A DNA stretch of 64,000 bases from an uncultured Fidelibacterota bacterium (GTDB lineage Bacteria; Fidelibacterota; Marinisomatia; Marinisomatales; UBA8229), in NCBI GenBank assembly GCA_913041945.1, contig CAJWIT010000004.1, positions 568 to 64,567 on the forward strand, in the 5' to 3' direction. A program made the position numbers and the translations under genes. Below, piece by piece: positions 39,054 through 49,380 of the stretch; position 1 is the stretch's first letter; every line of letters starts with the position of its first letter. A model generated the notes under the pieces. The model had not been told where the DNA came from, made no database searches, and was given only the letters and a program-made list of their open reading frames with translations.

Positions 39054-40319
39054 TCATTTTTCTGTGGAAAGAAGAATCCGGTTTATCCGCTGAGGGGACC
39101 CGCGGATCTTTAGCCGAACACCATCATCATCATACGACCGTTCCAAAACTTCAACCCCTTCCTGGGCAATAGCAAGTTCCCTCCCCTGATCAAATGGAAA
39201 AAATACATTTACAGTTTGAGCACTTTCATCCATGACCGTGGTAATATTTTTCATCAACTGATCAATCCGGAGATGGTTAAGTGCGGATACCAGTATTCCA
39301 TCCGGAAAAATTCGTTTCAGGTAAGCTATCCTGGCACTTCCATGAATCAAATCAATTTTATTAAGAACTAACAGGGTCTGGTGCTTGTCTGCTTTGAGTT
39401 CCTTTAAAACAGTTCGTATTGTTTCCAAGTGTTCCATAACCTGTTGTGAGGATGCATCCAATACAATCAGAATCAGGTCCCCTTCTATAACTTCTTTGAG
39501 AGTGCTCCGAAAACTAGCCACCAGATGATGAGGAAGTTTACGGATAAATCCAACTGTATCGCTTAAAAGAAAACTATGGGTACCCTTAAATGAAACAGAT
39601 CGGATTGTTGTATCTAAAGTGGCAAATAATTGATCTTGAATATAAATTTTCTCACCTGTAAGCGCCTGCATAAGTGTTGATTTTCCTGCATTTGTATATC
39701 CAACTATGGCAACCTTAAACTGATCTTTCCGCCGTTTTCCCTGGGTAACCCGTTCCCGGTCTATCCGATTTAGTTCCTTTTTCAACTTTCCAATCCGTTG
39801 CCGAATGAGTCTTCGGTCTACTTCGATTTGTGTTTCACCAGCACCGGCACGGGCACCAATCCCGCCCATCTGGCGCTCCAGATGCGTCCACATCCGGGTG
39901 AGACGAGGAAGAATATATTGAAGGTGAGCTAATTCCACCTGTGTTTTGGCTTCCTTGGTTTTTGCATGTTTCCTAAATATATCCAGGATCAGAGCGCTTC
40001 TGTCAATAACCTTCAGATTATCAGAGAGCCCTTGGAAATTTTTTGTCTGTGCCGGATTCAAATCCTCATCAAAAATGAGTAAATCTGCATCTAATTCTTT
40101 AGCCTGGCGAACGATTTGTTCAGCCTTCCCTTTCCCAATGAAAAAAGTAGGGTTAATCTTTAGTAGCCTCTGGGTGACTCTCCCTACAATTTCCGCACCT
40201 GCTGTTTCAGAGAGAAGTTCCAACTCATCTAAATGTTCATTAACAGATTGTTCATCGACCCTGCCGTGAATTGCTCCGATTAAAATTGCCTTTTCCAATT
40301 TTTCTGCTTCAAAAGACAC
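39054..40319 (-). CDS. hflX: GTPase HflX
   Basis: 421 aa with the HflX N-terminal domain (ELEELSETAGAEIVG...), G1 GYTNAGKST, DTVGF and NKID. Confidence 0.92.
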   Translation of the reverse strand: MSFEAEKLEKAILIGAIHGRVDEQSVNEHLDELELLSETAGAEIVGRVTQRLLKINPTFFIGKGKAEQIVRQAKELDADLLIFDEDLNPAQTKNFQGLSDNLKVIDRSALILDIFRKHAKTKEAKTQVELAHLQYILPRLTRMWTHLERQMGGIGARAGAGETQIEVDRRLIRQRIGKLKKELNRIDRERVTQGKRRKDQFKVAIVGYTNAGKSTLMQALTGEKIYIQDQLFATLDTTIRSVSFKGTHSFLLSDTVGFIRKLPHHLVASFRSTLKEVIEGDLILIVLDASSQQVMEHLETIRTVLKELKADKHQTLLVLNKIDLIHGSARIAYLKRIFPDGILVSALNHLRIDQLMKNITTVMDESAQTVNVFFPFDQGRELAIAQEGVEVLERSYDDDGVRLKIRGSPQRINRILLSTEK

Positions 40320-40321
40320 AG

Positions 40322-42403
40322 CTATTCAACTCCATTTTTCATGCTTTCCGGCCTTACTCTACCAAGTATTGTTTCAAGAAACAAAAGAATAATTGCCAAG
40401 ATAAGAAAAGTTCGCCATAAGGATTTTCCATGACGGATATTCTGAAGTTCCTTTGATAAATTCTTTGCAGGATCAATCCAGACCGCCTGTCCTGAAGGAA
40501 GAGTGTTCAAAACCTCAGCTTTGGTAACCCTTTTGGAGGGATATTCTAACGGCGATAAAAGTGCGGAAAAGGACGTATAGGGATATTCGTCTGATAACAC
40601 ATCATAAGATCCTATTTCACTTGTCTGGATGATTTTCAATGATTCGGTGTTAAAGTCTGGGATTAACAGAATGGTTTTCCCCGAAGGCGTTTTCAGAGAC
40701 CATTGAGAATTCATGTGTTCCTGATCAATGGAAATAATTTTTTCTTCATCTACAAAAACCGGTTTTGTGTTGAATTCATCAGTAGCAAGGAGGAGTAAAA
40801 TCCTGTGGAGTAAAGGCACCATAAGTCCTCGTACAGGAAGATCATTCCACGTTAAATCCATCAGGGAAGTAAAGTAATAAATTTGCCCACCGTTGGAAGA
40901 AAATTCAAGCAAAAAGGGATGATCATTATTTAATGACAAGATTTCATTCTGATTCTTTTGAGGGACAGATTCCAAATAACTGAACACCTGTGGTAATTCC
41001 CGATCTATATCCCTTAATTCTAAATCAGCAAGAATGGGGTGATCCTTCTTAGCAGGAATTACAGAAAAATATCCTTCTCCACTCAGCTTGTGAAGAACTT
41101 TGGACTCGGGAAGTTTCAAAGCAGTTACAGCATGAAGCGATAATTTTTCGGTCTGTTTGTCTCCTGCAAACCAAATCATCCCACCACCCCTGTATAGAAA
41201 GGTCTGAATATCCTCTACTGCTTTATCTGATAAATTACCGGGATTATGAAGGATTAAAACATCTGTTTCATCCAGGTATAATCTTTCCGGATCGGGATCT
41301 ACACGAGAATCCAGCAACAAAAACCCGGCTTGATTATCAATTGAAGATAATCCCATCTCCAAAAGAAAAATTTCCTCTGCAGTTCGTCCTACCAAGGTGC
41401 AGGCAATTTGTTCCGGTATAGACAGTTCAAATGTCCATACATTATCAAAGGCAAAATCATCCTCCAACAGTTCAACCCGGCCTTTGATCAACCCGCTTTT
41501 CCCCGGATAGGCCTGAAACATAAACTCTTTAGACTGGATAGGTTGAAATGTTGAAACAACTTGTCCAAGCCGTTTTTCATTTAAAAATAATTCTACAGGA
41601 TGGTTTCTTTTGTCCAGAGTACCATCGTTTACAATATTCGTATTTAACTTAAGAAGATGATTCGGGAGACGAATCTGACTTACAGCGGTGACTTGGCGAA
41701 TGGATAAATTATCCTTTGGTACCCCTTGACCAAGACAGTAAAACCTCCATTGAGGACGAGTAGTGTCCGGTCTCATTTCAACTAAAAAGGATTCAGATTC
41801 CGGCAAAGACTGAATATCGCTCAAGATAAAACATTCTCTATTTGGCTCATTTACCTTGAGGCTTTGCAATACGGAATTCACAGTAACCCATAAATGGTCT
41901 GTAGAAAATGTCTGCGGAATGGCCGTAAGAATATTACGAAGTGATGTATCCCCTGGTTTTCCATTGAACACGCGTTTTGCCGGAGTAGTTTGATAGATTT
42001 CAATCATTGTCTGCCCTTCAAAAGAATCTGCAATTTTCAGGGCGGATTCCTTAGCGTTTTCCAGTAGAGTAATTCCATCTGAAATGAGAGACATGCTGGC
42101 AGAATTATCTACAAAGATTACGACTCTTGTTTCTTTCTCTGCCGCCATCCAACCAGGTACAAATCCCTGTTGTACCGGACGAGCAACCATCAGTATCAGG
42201 CAGACGATCACCAAAGTCCTGAGGAGAACTAAAAACCATTGTCTCAATTTCAGTCGTCTAATGGTTTCATGTTCAAGTTCCTTGATGAAGCGCAGGGTAC
42301 TGAATTCCACATCACGTGTATGCCTTAAACTAAGAAGATGAATAATAATTGGAATTGATGCTGCCGCAAGTCCCCAAAGGACAGTAGGAGATAAAAATGT
42401 CAT
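40322..42403 (-). CDS. BatA-N (N-terminal double-transmembrane) domain membrane protein, vWA-like
   Basis: 693 aa. MTFLSPTVLWGLAAASIPIIIHLLSLRH...FSTLRFI is the aerotolerance-type double-TM N-terminus. There is a C-terminal TM segment. Confidence 0.6.
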   Translation of the reverse strand: MTFLSPTVLWGLAAASIPIIIHLLSLRHTRDVEFSTLRFIKELEHETIRRLKLRQWFLVLLRTLVIVCLILMVARPVQQGFVPGWMAAEKETRVVIFVDNSASMSLISDGITLLENAKESALKIADSFEGQTMIEIYQTTPAKRVFNGKPGDTSLRNILTAIPQTFSTDHLWVTVNSVLQSLKVNEPNRECFILSDIQSLPESESFLVEMRPDTTRPQWRFYCLGQGVPKDNLSIRQVTAVSQIRLPNHLLKLNTNIVNDGTLDKRNHPVELFLNEKRLGQVVSTFQPIQSKEFMFQAYPGKSGLIKGRVELLEDDFAFDNVWTFELSIPEQIACTLVGRTAEEIFLLEMGLSSIDNQAGFLLLDSRVDPDPERLYLDETDVLILHNPGNLSDKAVEDIQTFLYRGGGMIWFAGDKQTEKLSLHAVTALKLPESKVLHKLSGEGYFSVIPAKKDHPILADLELRDIDRELPQVFSYLESVPQKNQNEILSLNNDHPFLLEFSSNGGQIYYFTSLMDLTWNDLPVRGLMVPLLHRILLLLATDEFNTKPVFVDEEKIISIDQEHMNSQWSLKTPSGKTILLIPDFNTESLKIIQTSEIGSYDVLSDEYPYTSFSALLSPLEYPSKRVTKAEVLNTLPSGQAVWIDPAKNLSKELQNIRHGKSLWRTFLILAIILLFLETILGRVRPESMKNGVE

Positions 42404-42987
42404 ACGCCTAGACTACTCAAAAACATCATTATAGTTCCAGATATTATAGGAATCCGGATATTGTCATCCACAGGCAAAGGAATAAGCTCGGCAATCATGG
42501 CAGAAACAGCACCCCCTGTTCTGACCCAAACTGACATCCCCGGGAAACAGGCAGAGACCATCAAACAAACAACCAAGCCCGCCAGAGTGCCCTCAACCGT
42601 TTTATTCCAAATGCGAATCCTTCCAAACTTGGCTCCAAATAGTGCCGCAACTGTATCACCTAACCCCATGAATAAAAGTGCAAGAATTGCGATTTCTTTT
42701 TGAAATAAAGCTACCGTTAGAAAAGATCCTATAACCACCCAGGTCGCCCCTGTTAGTCGCCCATCTAACTCGTGAGTTCGAAGCATAAAATTAAACATTT
42801 TTCCGAAAATAGTCTTCATCCAACCAATCCGGGTCCTAGAGAAATCTAGAAAAATAAAAATAACCGATAAACAAGATAAAATTATTAACATGTGGATTTT
42901 GGAAGGAAAAAGAAACAGATAACCAACAGGAATAATAACGTTTGTTAAATGAATCAGTTTTCGGGAAACTTCACCTCTGTTGATCAT
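42400..42987 (-). CDS. Polyprenol/dolichol/phytol kinase-like (CTP-dependent, cytidylyltransferase family 1) membrane protein
   Basis: 195 aa, about 6 TM segments, with EVSRKLIHL at the N-terminus and GLGDTVAALFGAKFGR. Confidence 0.55.
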   Translation of the reverse strand: MINRGEVSRKLIHLTNVIIPVGYLFLFPSKIHMLIILSCLSVIFIFLDFSRTRIGWMKTIFGKMFNFMLRTHELDGRLTGATWVVIGSFLTVALFQKEIAILALLFMGLGDTVAALFGAKFGRIRIWNKTVEGTLAGLVVCLMVSACFPGMSVWVRTGGAVSAMIAELIPLPVDDNIRIPIISGTIMMFLSSLGV

Positions 42988-42992
42988 ACAGT

Positions 42993-43748
42993 CTATTTAT
43001 TCATCATTTGATTGAAAATATCATTAATATCAAGTACACTTACTGTAACATCTATTTTTTTAGGACTCTCAAGAACTGTACCTTCTTTAATAGACTGATC
43101 CAAAACTGTGAATGGAATTAGATCCTCATTTTGTTCATACGATACCTTCCCCAACTTCAAACCAGCTTGCTCTAATTCGAATTCAGCTTTTTCTTGGCTG
43201 AGCCCAAAGAGATTAGGGACCTGGAAAAAATTTGGGGGCATACCCTTGCTGATAGTTAAATGTACTCCCCAACCTCTCTTAAGCAGATCATTCCCTTTTG
43301 GTGATTGCCAGGCAACAGTTCCTTTGGGATACATAGGGTTGTATTCTGTATAAATCGTATCTATAGCTAAACCTAACTGATGGAGCATAATCTCAGCACT
43401 TCTCTGCGACTGGCCGAGTAGGTTTGGAACTGGAACCATTTTCTCTGGCTGGGCAATTTTTAGCCTTATAGTCCGGCCCGGTTTCACCCGGGAATCCGGC
43501 AGAGGGAATTGATCAATAATATAATTGGGGGTTACAAGATTCGTTAACACTGTATCCTCTACAATTCCTTTAAATCCTTCAGAATGAAGACGAGAAAGAG
43601 CAATTTCCAAAGGCAGATCTTTCACATCTATCAGATATCGAGTCTGACCAAATCGGATATAAGCTGGCATCAAAATAGTTTCCATGATCAATAGAATAAT
43701 ACAGGAAAAAATGAAAATGACAATCACAAAATGAAATGGTTTTTTCAT
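42993..43748 (-). CDS. PASTA-domain membrane-anchored protein (no kinase or transpeptidase domain)
   Basis: 251 aa with an N-terminal TM segment and repeated VPNLLGQSQRSAEIMLHQLGL / VPNLFGLSQEKAEFELEQAGLKLG PASTA signatures. Confidence 0.8.
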   Translation of the reverse strand: MKKPFHFVIVIFIFSCIILLIMETILMPAYIRFGQTRYLIDVKDLPLEIALSRLHSEGFKGIVEDTVLTNLVTPNYIIDQFPLPDSRVKPGRTIRLKIAQPEKMVPVPNLLGQSQRSAEIMLHQLGLAIDTIYTEYNPMYPKGTVAWQSPKGNDLLKRGWGVHLTISKGMPPNFFQVPNLFGLSQEKAEFELEQAGLKLGKVSYEQNEDLIPFTVLDQSIKEGTVLESPKKIDVTVSVLDINDIFNQMMNK

Positions 43749-43767
43749 AACATAATATCTATGGTCA

Positions 43768-44697
43768 TCAGGTTCCTAACTGATCTCCTTTCTTAATGGA
43801 AGATCCTTTGAGAAATTCTTGGATATCCATCTGTTTTTTTCCTTCCTTCTGGAGAGACTGAATGAATAACCCGCCTTCACCCGTCTGAATCAATAATCCC
43901 ATCTTCGTCCGCTCGATGATTGTTCCAGGTGTTAATTGATAGTTTTCATTTACTAGAGATGTATGGAATATTTTAATCCATTTACCATTCAAAGTCGTAT
44001 GGGCACCCGGTTTTGGATTTAGTCCTCGGACCTTATTTGTGATATTCACAGCAGTATCATTCCAGTTAATAATCCGTTCTGCCGATTGAACCTTTGGTGC
44101 CCGGGTTGCAATTAAATTGTCCTGTTTGACAGGAGTAATACTTTTTTCCATAAGATTATTAATGGTTTTCAAAAACAGGTCCGATCCAATTTGACTCATT
44201 CTTTCAGATAGGGTGCCATACGTATCATCAGGGTGGATAGTTACCTTTTCCTGATACAAGACATCTCCCGTGTCCACCGATGGTTTTAACAGAAAGGTTG
44301 TAAGCCCAGTGACCTTATCCCCATTCATTATTGCTCTTTGGATTGGTGCTGCACCACGATAAGAAGGAAGCAGCGAACCATGTAAATTCACCGAACCCAT
44401 TGATGGTATTAAGAGTAATTCCTTTGGGAGAACCCGGTAAGCTACAATTGCAAATAGATCTGGGTTCAATTCTGTTAGCTGATCAATCAAATCAATAGAA
44501 TTTAACAAACCTGCATGAATTACCGGGATGTTCAATTCACATGCAGCAGCGTCAATTTGTGATCGACGTTCCTTATTACCTCTGCCCATTTTCTTTGGTG
44601 GATTCGTCATCACCGCAGTTACATGGTGATCAGATTGAGCCAAACATTTCAAGCACGGAACAGCAAATTCCGGATTACCCATAAAAATAATATGCAT
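43768..44697 (-). CDS. fmt: Methionyl-tRNA formyltransferase
   Basis: 309 aa with IIFMGNPEFAVP..., NLHGSLLPSYRGAAPIQ. Confidence 0.93.
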   Translation of the reverse strand: MHIIFMGNPEFAVPCLKCLAQSDHHVTAVMTNPPKKMGRGNKERRSQIDAAACELNIPVIHAGLLNSIDLIDQLTELNPDLFAIVAYRVLPKELLLIPSMGSVNLHGSLLPSYRGAAPIQRAIMNGDKVTGLTTFLLKPSVDTGDVLYQEKVTIHPDDTYGTLSERMSQIGSDLFLKTINNLMEKSITPVKQDNLIATRAPKVQSAERIINWNDTAVNITNKVRGLNPKPGAHTTLNGKWIKIFHTSLVNENYQLTPGTIIERTKMGLLIQTGEGGLFIQSLQKEGKKQMDIQEFLKGSSIKKGDQLGT

Positions 44698-44807
44698 AGT
44701 AATTATACTCTACAAATAAATTGATTAAAGCAGGATATCAAAAAGGATTCTATATTATCTGAACCCACTTTGAGCTTACATGTTTGTCTTGAATATTTCT
44801 TTGAATA

Positions 44808-45356
44808 TTAAAGGACAATTCCCTGAATTTTTTCCCTCACTTTTGATTCCTTTAATGCATCCTCCTCAATTTCTTTAAGGTCTTTTTTATACTGCATTTT
44901 AACCAGATCACTTATACGGTCAACGATGAAGATTCCATTCAAATGATCCATCTCATGCTGGATTGCACGCGCCAATAGACCATTAAATTCTCTTTTCTTT
45001 TGTTCACCTTCCAATGAGTAATATTGTAATGTAATAAATTCAGATCGTTTTAGTTCCACCTGAATACCAGGGATGGATAAACATCCTTCAACAGATAAAC
45101 ATTCACCTTTTTTATCAATAATTTTGCTGTTAATAAAAACTCGTGGTTTCTCGGCTTCATCTTTGTGGCTGATGTCAATTACAAACAGATGTAAATCCTC
45201 ACCAATTTGGTTTGCAGCTAATCCTATACCATCTTCTTCATACATTGTATCAAACATATCCTCCACTAAGAGCGACACACTAAAAACATCTTCAACATCT
45301 CCACATTGTTTACGAAGGTTCATATCCCCATATTTGACAATCTCTCTGACTGCCAT
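44808..45356 (-). CDS. def: Peptide deformylase
   Basis: 182 aa with GIGLAANQIG, EGCLSIPG, HEMDHLNG. Confidence 0.95.
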   Translation of the reverse strand: MAVREIVKYGDMNLRKQCGDVEDVFSVSLLVEDMFDTMYEEDGIGLAANQIGEDLHLFVIDISHKDEAEKPRVFINSKIIDKKGECLSVEGCLSIPGIQVELKRSEFITLQYYSLEGEQKKREFNGLLARAIQHEMDHLNGIFIVDRISDLVKMQYKKDLKEIEEDALKESKVREKIQGIVL

Positions 45357-45700
45357 TAAGCTTTCTCTTCAATCGTTGTAATTTCATCTGGAGCGATATT
45401 TTTTTCCAAGCCGGCAACTGCAGAACGGTTTATGGAAATGTCCATATTTTTCCCTACCTTCAGAATAAGAATTGTCCCCTTTTGTTTGAATCCAACCACT
45501 GATCCATGAACACCTCCAATTGTGATAACCTTATCTCCTTTTTGAAGAGATTGGATCATATTTTGCTTTTCTTTTTGGCGTTTTGTCTGGGGACGAATCA
45601 TCAGGAAATAAATGATGAACATGATCAGAATAAATGGTAGAAATGCCGCGATTCCACCACCTTGCTGTCCGCCATTAGATAATGCATATATTATTTCCAA
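45356..45700 (-). CDS. yajC: Preprotein translocase subunit YajC
   Basis: FIIYFLMIRPQTKRQKE...LQKGDKVITIGGVHGSV. I set the start at in-frame TTG 45700, 6 nt after AAGGAG. The track ORF begins 18 codons earlier. The stop overlaps the def start (TAATG). Confidence 0.78.
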   Translation of the reverse strand: MEIIYALSNGGQQGGGIAAFLPFILIMFIIYFLMIRPQTKRQKEKQNMIQSLQKGDKVITIGGVHGSVVGFKQKGTILILKVGKNMDISINRSAVAGLEKNIAPDEITTIEEKA

Positions 45701-45811
45701 TTTTAACTCCTTTAAATTAGGATGAAAATTACCGATGTTCGCACCGAATGACAAGATAATCAGTTTTGAATTCTCCTTGAGTTAACGGATTATCATTATT
45801 AATCTATACGT

Positions 45812-46237
45812 ATGATTATTATCACTTCAACACTTTCTATTGATGAAAATGAACTACATTTCGATTTTATCCGTTCTTCCGGTCCAGGAGGTCAAAATGT
45901 GAATAAAGCCTCAACCGCGGTTCAACTTCGGTTTGATGTAGTCAATTCTGCAACTTTACCGGAAGACGTTAAAAAACGACTGATTCAAATCTCCGGAAAA
46001 AAAATGACTGAAAAAGGGATACTGATTATTGATTCTCGTCGTTATCGTACACAGTTAAGAAACCGTAAGGATTCAGTTGAACGCCTAATCACCCTTATTA
46101 AACAAGCCACGCAAAAGTCCAAACCACGCAAAAAAACGACTCCTCCCTTTGGATCTAAAGAAAAGAGATTAAAAAACAAACATCATCGAAGCGAAATAAA
46201 AAAACAGAGGCGGCCCATTGATCTATCAAACGAATAA
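45812..46237 (+). CDS. arfB: Alternative ribosome-rescue factor ArfB (peptidyl-tRNA hydrolase, YaeJ family)
   Basis: 141 aa with the GGQ motif (SSGPGGQNVNKASTAVQLRFD) and a basic C-terminal tail. Confidence 0.88.
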   Translation: MIIITSTLSIDENELHFDFIRSSGPGGQNVNKASTAVQLRFDVVNSATLPEDVKKRLIQISGKKMTEKGILIIDSRRYRTQLRNRKDSVERLITLIKQATQKSKPRKKTTPPFGSKEKRLKNKHHRSEIKKQRRPIDLSNE

Positions 46238-46239
46238 TA

Positions 46240-46908
46240 ATGCTGTCACGTAACTTTTTTAACCGGAATGCAATCACAACAGCTAAGGCATTACTAGGTA
46301 AAATTCTCCGCGCACGGTATGATAAAGTCTGGTTGTGTGCACAGATCATTGAAACGGAAGCATATTTTCAAAATGAAAAAGGGAGTCACACTTCCCTGGG
46401 ATACACTGACAAACGAAAAGCGTTGTTTATGTCTCCCGGTACAATTTATATGTACTATGCACGAGGGTCTGACTCCTTAAATGTAAGTTGCAGGGGAAAA
46501 GGAAACGCTGTACTCATTAAATTCGGATATCCTTATAAAAATGGGAAAAAACCAGATAAAATGATTCCAATGATGCAAAAATTGAACCCGCCAAAATACG
46601 GGAATGGTGTGCGTCCGATTGAACGACTCTGCGCTGGACAGACCCTCCTGTGCAGATCTCTAGGGATTACTGTCAAAGAATGGGATCAGCAACAGTCCCA
46701 TCCTAACCGATTCTATATTGAAGATATTGGGTCTACACCAACACAGATAATTCAAACAACCCGACTTGGAATACCTGTAAAAAGAGATGATCACCTATTG
46801 TACCGATTTATAGATAGTAAATTTTCCAAATTCTGCACAAGTAATCCTCTTATCAAAAGAAATTATTTGGAAGGAAAACACTACAGATTGATTCAGCATC
46901 TGAAATGA
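46240..46908 (+). CDS. mpg: DNA-3-methyladenine glycosylase (Mpg/AAG family)
   Basis: 222 aa with FFNRNAITTAKALLGKIL...IIETEAY...SH, typical of the AAG family. It starts 2 nt after the arfB stop. Confidence 0.82.
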   Translation: MLSRNFFNRNAITTAKALLGKILRARYDKVWLCAQIIETEAYFQNEKGSHTSLGYTDKRKALFMSPGTIYMYYARGSDSLNVSCRGKGNAVLIKFGYPYKNGKKPDKMIPMMQKLNPPKYGNGVRPIERLCAGQTLLCRSLGITVKEWDQQQSHPNRFYIEDIGSTPTQIIQTTRLGIPVKRDDHLLYRFIDSKFSKFCTSNPLIKRNYLEGKHYRLIQHLK

Positions 46909-46991
46909 TTAGAACTTTTCAAGTAAAAAATAATTACCCTTTCAAAAAATAAATTCAGGGCAACTTCGAAGTCCAGTTTTATTAAGTTTGT

Positions 46992-48164
46992 TCAAGTTGG
47001 AAGAATAATCTCAAAGGTCGTCCCTGAACCAGGTGAAGATTGTTTAATAAAGATCTTCCCGTGATGAATATCCTGAATTATTCGTTGTGTTAAGGAAAGT
47101 CCCAATCCCCAGCCACGGTTTTTCGTACTAAACCCGGGACGAAACACATTTTTCAAGTCTTTTTTCTCGACACCTTTACCATCATCATGAATCTGAATCC
47201 TCACTTCTTCTTTCTCCATTCGCAAACAGATTCGAACCTCTCCATTCTCTTTTGTAATGGCGTCAATTCCATTTTTGATGACATTTTCAATCGCCCAGAA
47301 AAGAAGTGTTACATTCGCATTGATATATGTTTTAGAGGTGATTTCATTCACCAGTTTAAGACTCTTTCCCTTGGTTGGGAGCCGTTTCTCCAGGTAATCC
47401 ACAACTGTTTTTACCAGTTCAGAAAGATCTGTCTCTTCCAGTTTGGGCGTCGAGCCCATCTGGCTAAACCTCTCACTAACTTGATTAAGACGATTCAGAT
47501 CTGCGTTCATTTCTTCAACAACGTCCAAAGTTTTTTCAGGATTTTCTCTAAGCCAGTCCACCCATCCCATAAGTGCTGATACCGGTGTTCCAAGTTGATG
47601 AGCTGTTTCCCGTGCCATCCCCACCCAAATGTGTTGTTTTTCACTATTTCTAATGAAGGAAAACCCAACAAAGCCCAGAAGTATAAATAAGGAGATAGCT
47701 CCAATTTCAAAATAGGGCAACCAAATTAAGCGTTGAATTAATTGTGAATCTCCAAAATGGAGAACTCCCCAAATATATTCCTCTCCTGTTTTTAAACCAT
47801 GATAAACGAGTGAAATAGGTTCATTCTGCCTATCCATTACTCCCACAATTGGCTTTACATCTTTGGATGTTTTTATATCTTCTGAAAGATTACGCCAAGA
47901 CAATGGCTCACCTTCTACATTTGTTTGAACAATGGGGAATTGAACTTTTTTAATTACGTTCTCAAAAATGAAATTTAAATTTTCATCGCTTTCATTAATG
48001 ACGGCTTTTGCCATTAACTCCGCATAAAGCTGGACAATTTCTCTATTATCTTCACGCAGGTTTTTTACCAGGGATTGGGTATGAAGCATTAATCCTGATA
48101 CCAGCACTAAACCAAGAACAAATAACCCGGCTTTGATATTTCCAGTATGTTGATATAGATGCAT
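46992..48164 (-). CDS. Sensor histidine kinase (membrane-bound, extracytoplasmic loop)
   Basis: 390 aa with H-box ETAHQLGTPVSAL, N-box NVIKNGIDA and G-boxes DDGKGV / GWGLGLSL. No adjacent response regulator. Confidence 0.85.
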   Translation of the reverse strand: MHLYQHTGNIKAGLFVLGLVLVSGLMLHTQSLVKNLREDNREIVQLYAELMAKAVINESDENLNFIFENVIKKVQFPIVQTNVEGEPLSWRNLSEDIKTSKDVKPIVGVMDRQNEPISLVYHGLKTGEEYIWGVLHFGDSQLIQRLIWLPYFEIGAISLFILLGFVGFSFIRNSEKQHIWVGMARETAHQLGTPVSALMGWVDWLRENPEKTLDVVEEMNADLNRLNQVSERFSQMGSTPKLEETDLSELVKTVVDYLEKRLPTKGKSLKLVNEITSKTYINANVTLLFWAIENVIKNGIDAITKENGEVRICLRMEKEEVRIQIHDDGKGVEKKDLKNVFRPGFSTKNRGWGLGLSLTQRIIQDIHHGKIFIKQSSPGSGTTFEIILPT

Positions 48165-48177
48165 ATCTAATCTGTCT

Positions 48178-49380
48178 CTATAGTAATTTACTAATATTTT
48201 CGACCCCAGAAAAAATATCTTGTTTCACTTGAGGAATATATGACTGAATTTCTTCACGTATACTTTCCTGATCTTCCCAAAGTGCTGCAAATTGAGTTTT
48301 GAGCATTCCTAAGTTCACATTTTGGATATCCAAAACCCACTTATGCTGGTTAAACAATTGCAATACGCCTACATATTTATGATGCCATCCAACCGCAATA
48401 GTAGGGATTCCCAATGAAAGACCTGCGACAATTGTGTGGTACCGGGAAGCAATTAGCAATTCGCAATGACTGATCATACCTTTTATTTCTGATGCAGTCA
48501 GATTTGAGGTGTCCAGCATTTTACATTCATCCCTAGCCACAGTCGATTCTATTTCCCAGGCAATTTTGTTATCGTCATCTATTCCTTGTTCTAGTTCATT
48601 TGGAATCAGTAAAACACTGATATTATAATCTTGAACCACATGTCGAATAAAAGATGTAATCATGGATATGTACTGATTTGGCTCACCAAACCGGTTTCGA
48701 GCCTGATAACTTACTGATATCCCAAGTACTTTTCTTTGTTGGAAAAATTCAGATAAATGAGCTGGAAAATCTATCGGTGTACTTAGTAAAAGAAATGCAG
48801 TATCCGGAGCAACAAAAACGGGGGTTCTTATTCCAAGAGACTTCAAATGCTCTTTCGTGACTAAATCTCTGGCTAAAATACCCTTCACATATTTATTCAG
48901 ATAATATTGAGCGAAAACCCGATTCCACTTCGATTGAAACGGTCCCATTGCTGAAGTATATTTAATGAATGGCTTTTTAAATAATCTACCAAGAATTAGT
49001 CGAAGACCTTCCCTGAATTTTGGGATAAAGGAAACTGAACGAAACGAATCAGCAAACATTATACCCCAGATATCAACAATAAAATCTGCATCTTCTAATG
49101 CGGTGATTGTCTTTTGAAAAGGAACAGAACCTAATGACAACCTCATCCATCGTTTTATGAATGAAAACAATACCACTTTATCAGTGTGAAATGGTAACAC
49201 AGTAACCGGGTATTTTGATTCCAGATTTTTATCTTTTTCATACGCTTTCTCAGGCACCAGTAACGTAAAGCCAGAATCTGAGTATACTGTATTCAAGGCT
49301 TCTACGGTAGACAAAGCAAGAGAGGGACCTCCAAAATTGTCACTTAAGCGCGCACCAATTAATACAATGTTCTTTCTCAT
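48178..49380 (-). CDS. Polysaccharide pyruvyl transferase family protein
   Basis: 400 aa. The C-terminal ELLIASRYHTIVAGLSLGIPTIAVGWHHK resembles the WcaK/CsaB-family signature. Polysaccharide-locus context. Confidence 0.72.
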   Translation of the reverse strand: MRKNIVLIGARLSDNFGGPSLALSTVEALNTVYSDSGFTLLVPEKAYEKDKNLESKYPVTVLPFHTDKVVLFSFIKRWMRLSLGSVPFQKTITALEDADFIVDIWGIMFADSFRSVSFIPKFREGLRLILGRLFKKPFIKYTSAMGPFQSKWNRVFAQYYLNKYVKGILARDLVTKEHLKSLGIRTPVFVAPDTAFLLLSTPIDFPAHLSEFFQQRKVLGISVSYQARNRFGEPNQYISMITSFIRHVVQDYNISVLLIPNELEQGIDDDNKIAWEIESTVARDECKMLDTSNLTASEIKGMISHCELLIASRYHTIVAGLSLGIPTIAVGWHHKYVGVLQLFNQHKWVLDIQNVNLGMLKTQFAALWEDQESIREEIQSYIPQVKQDIFSGVENISKLL

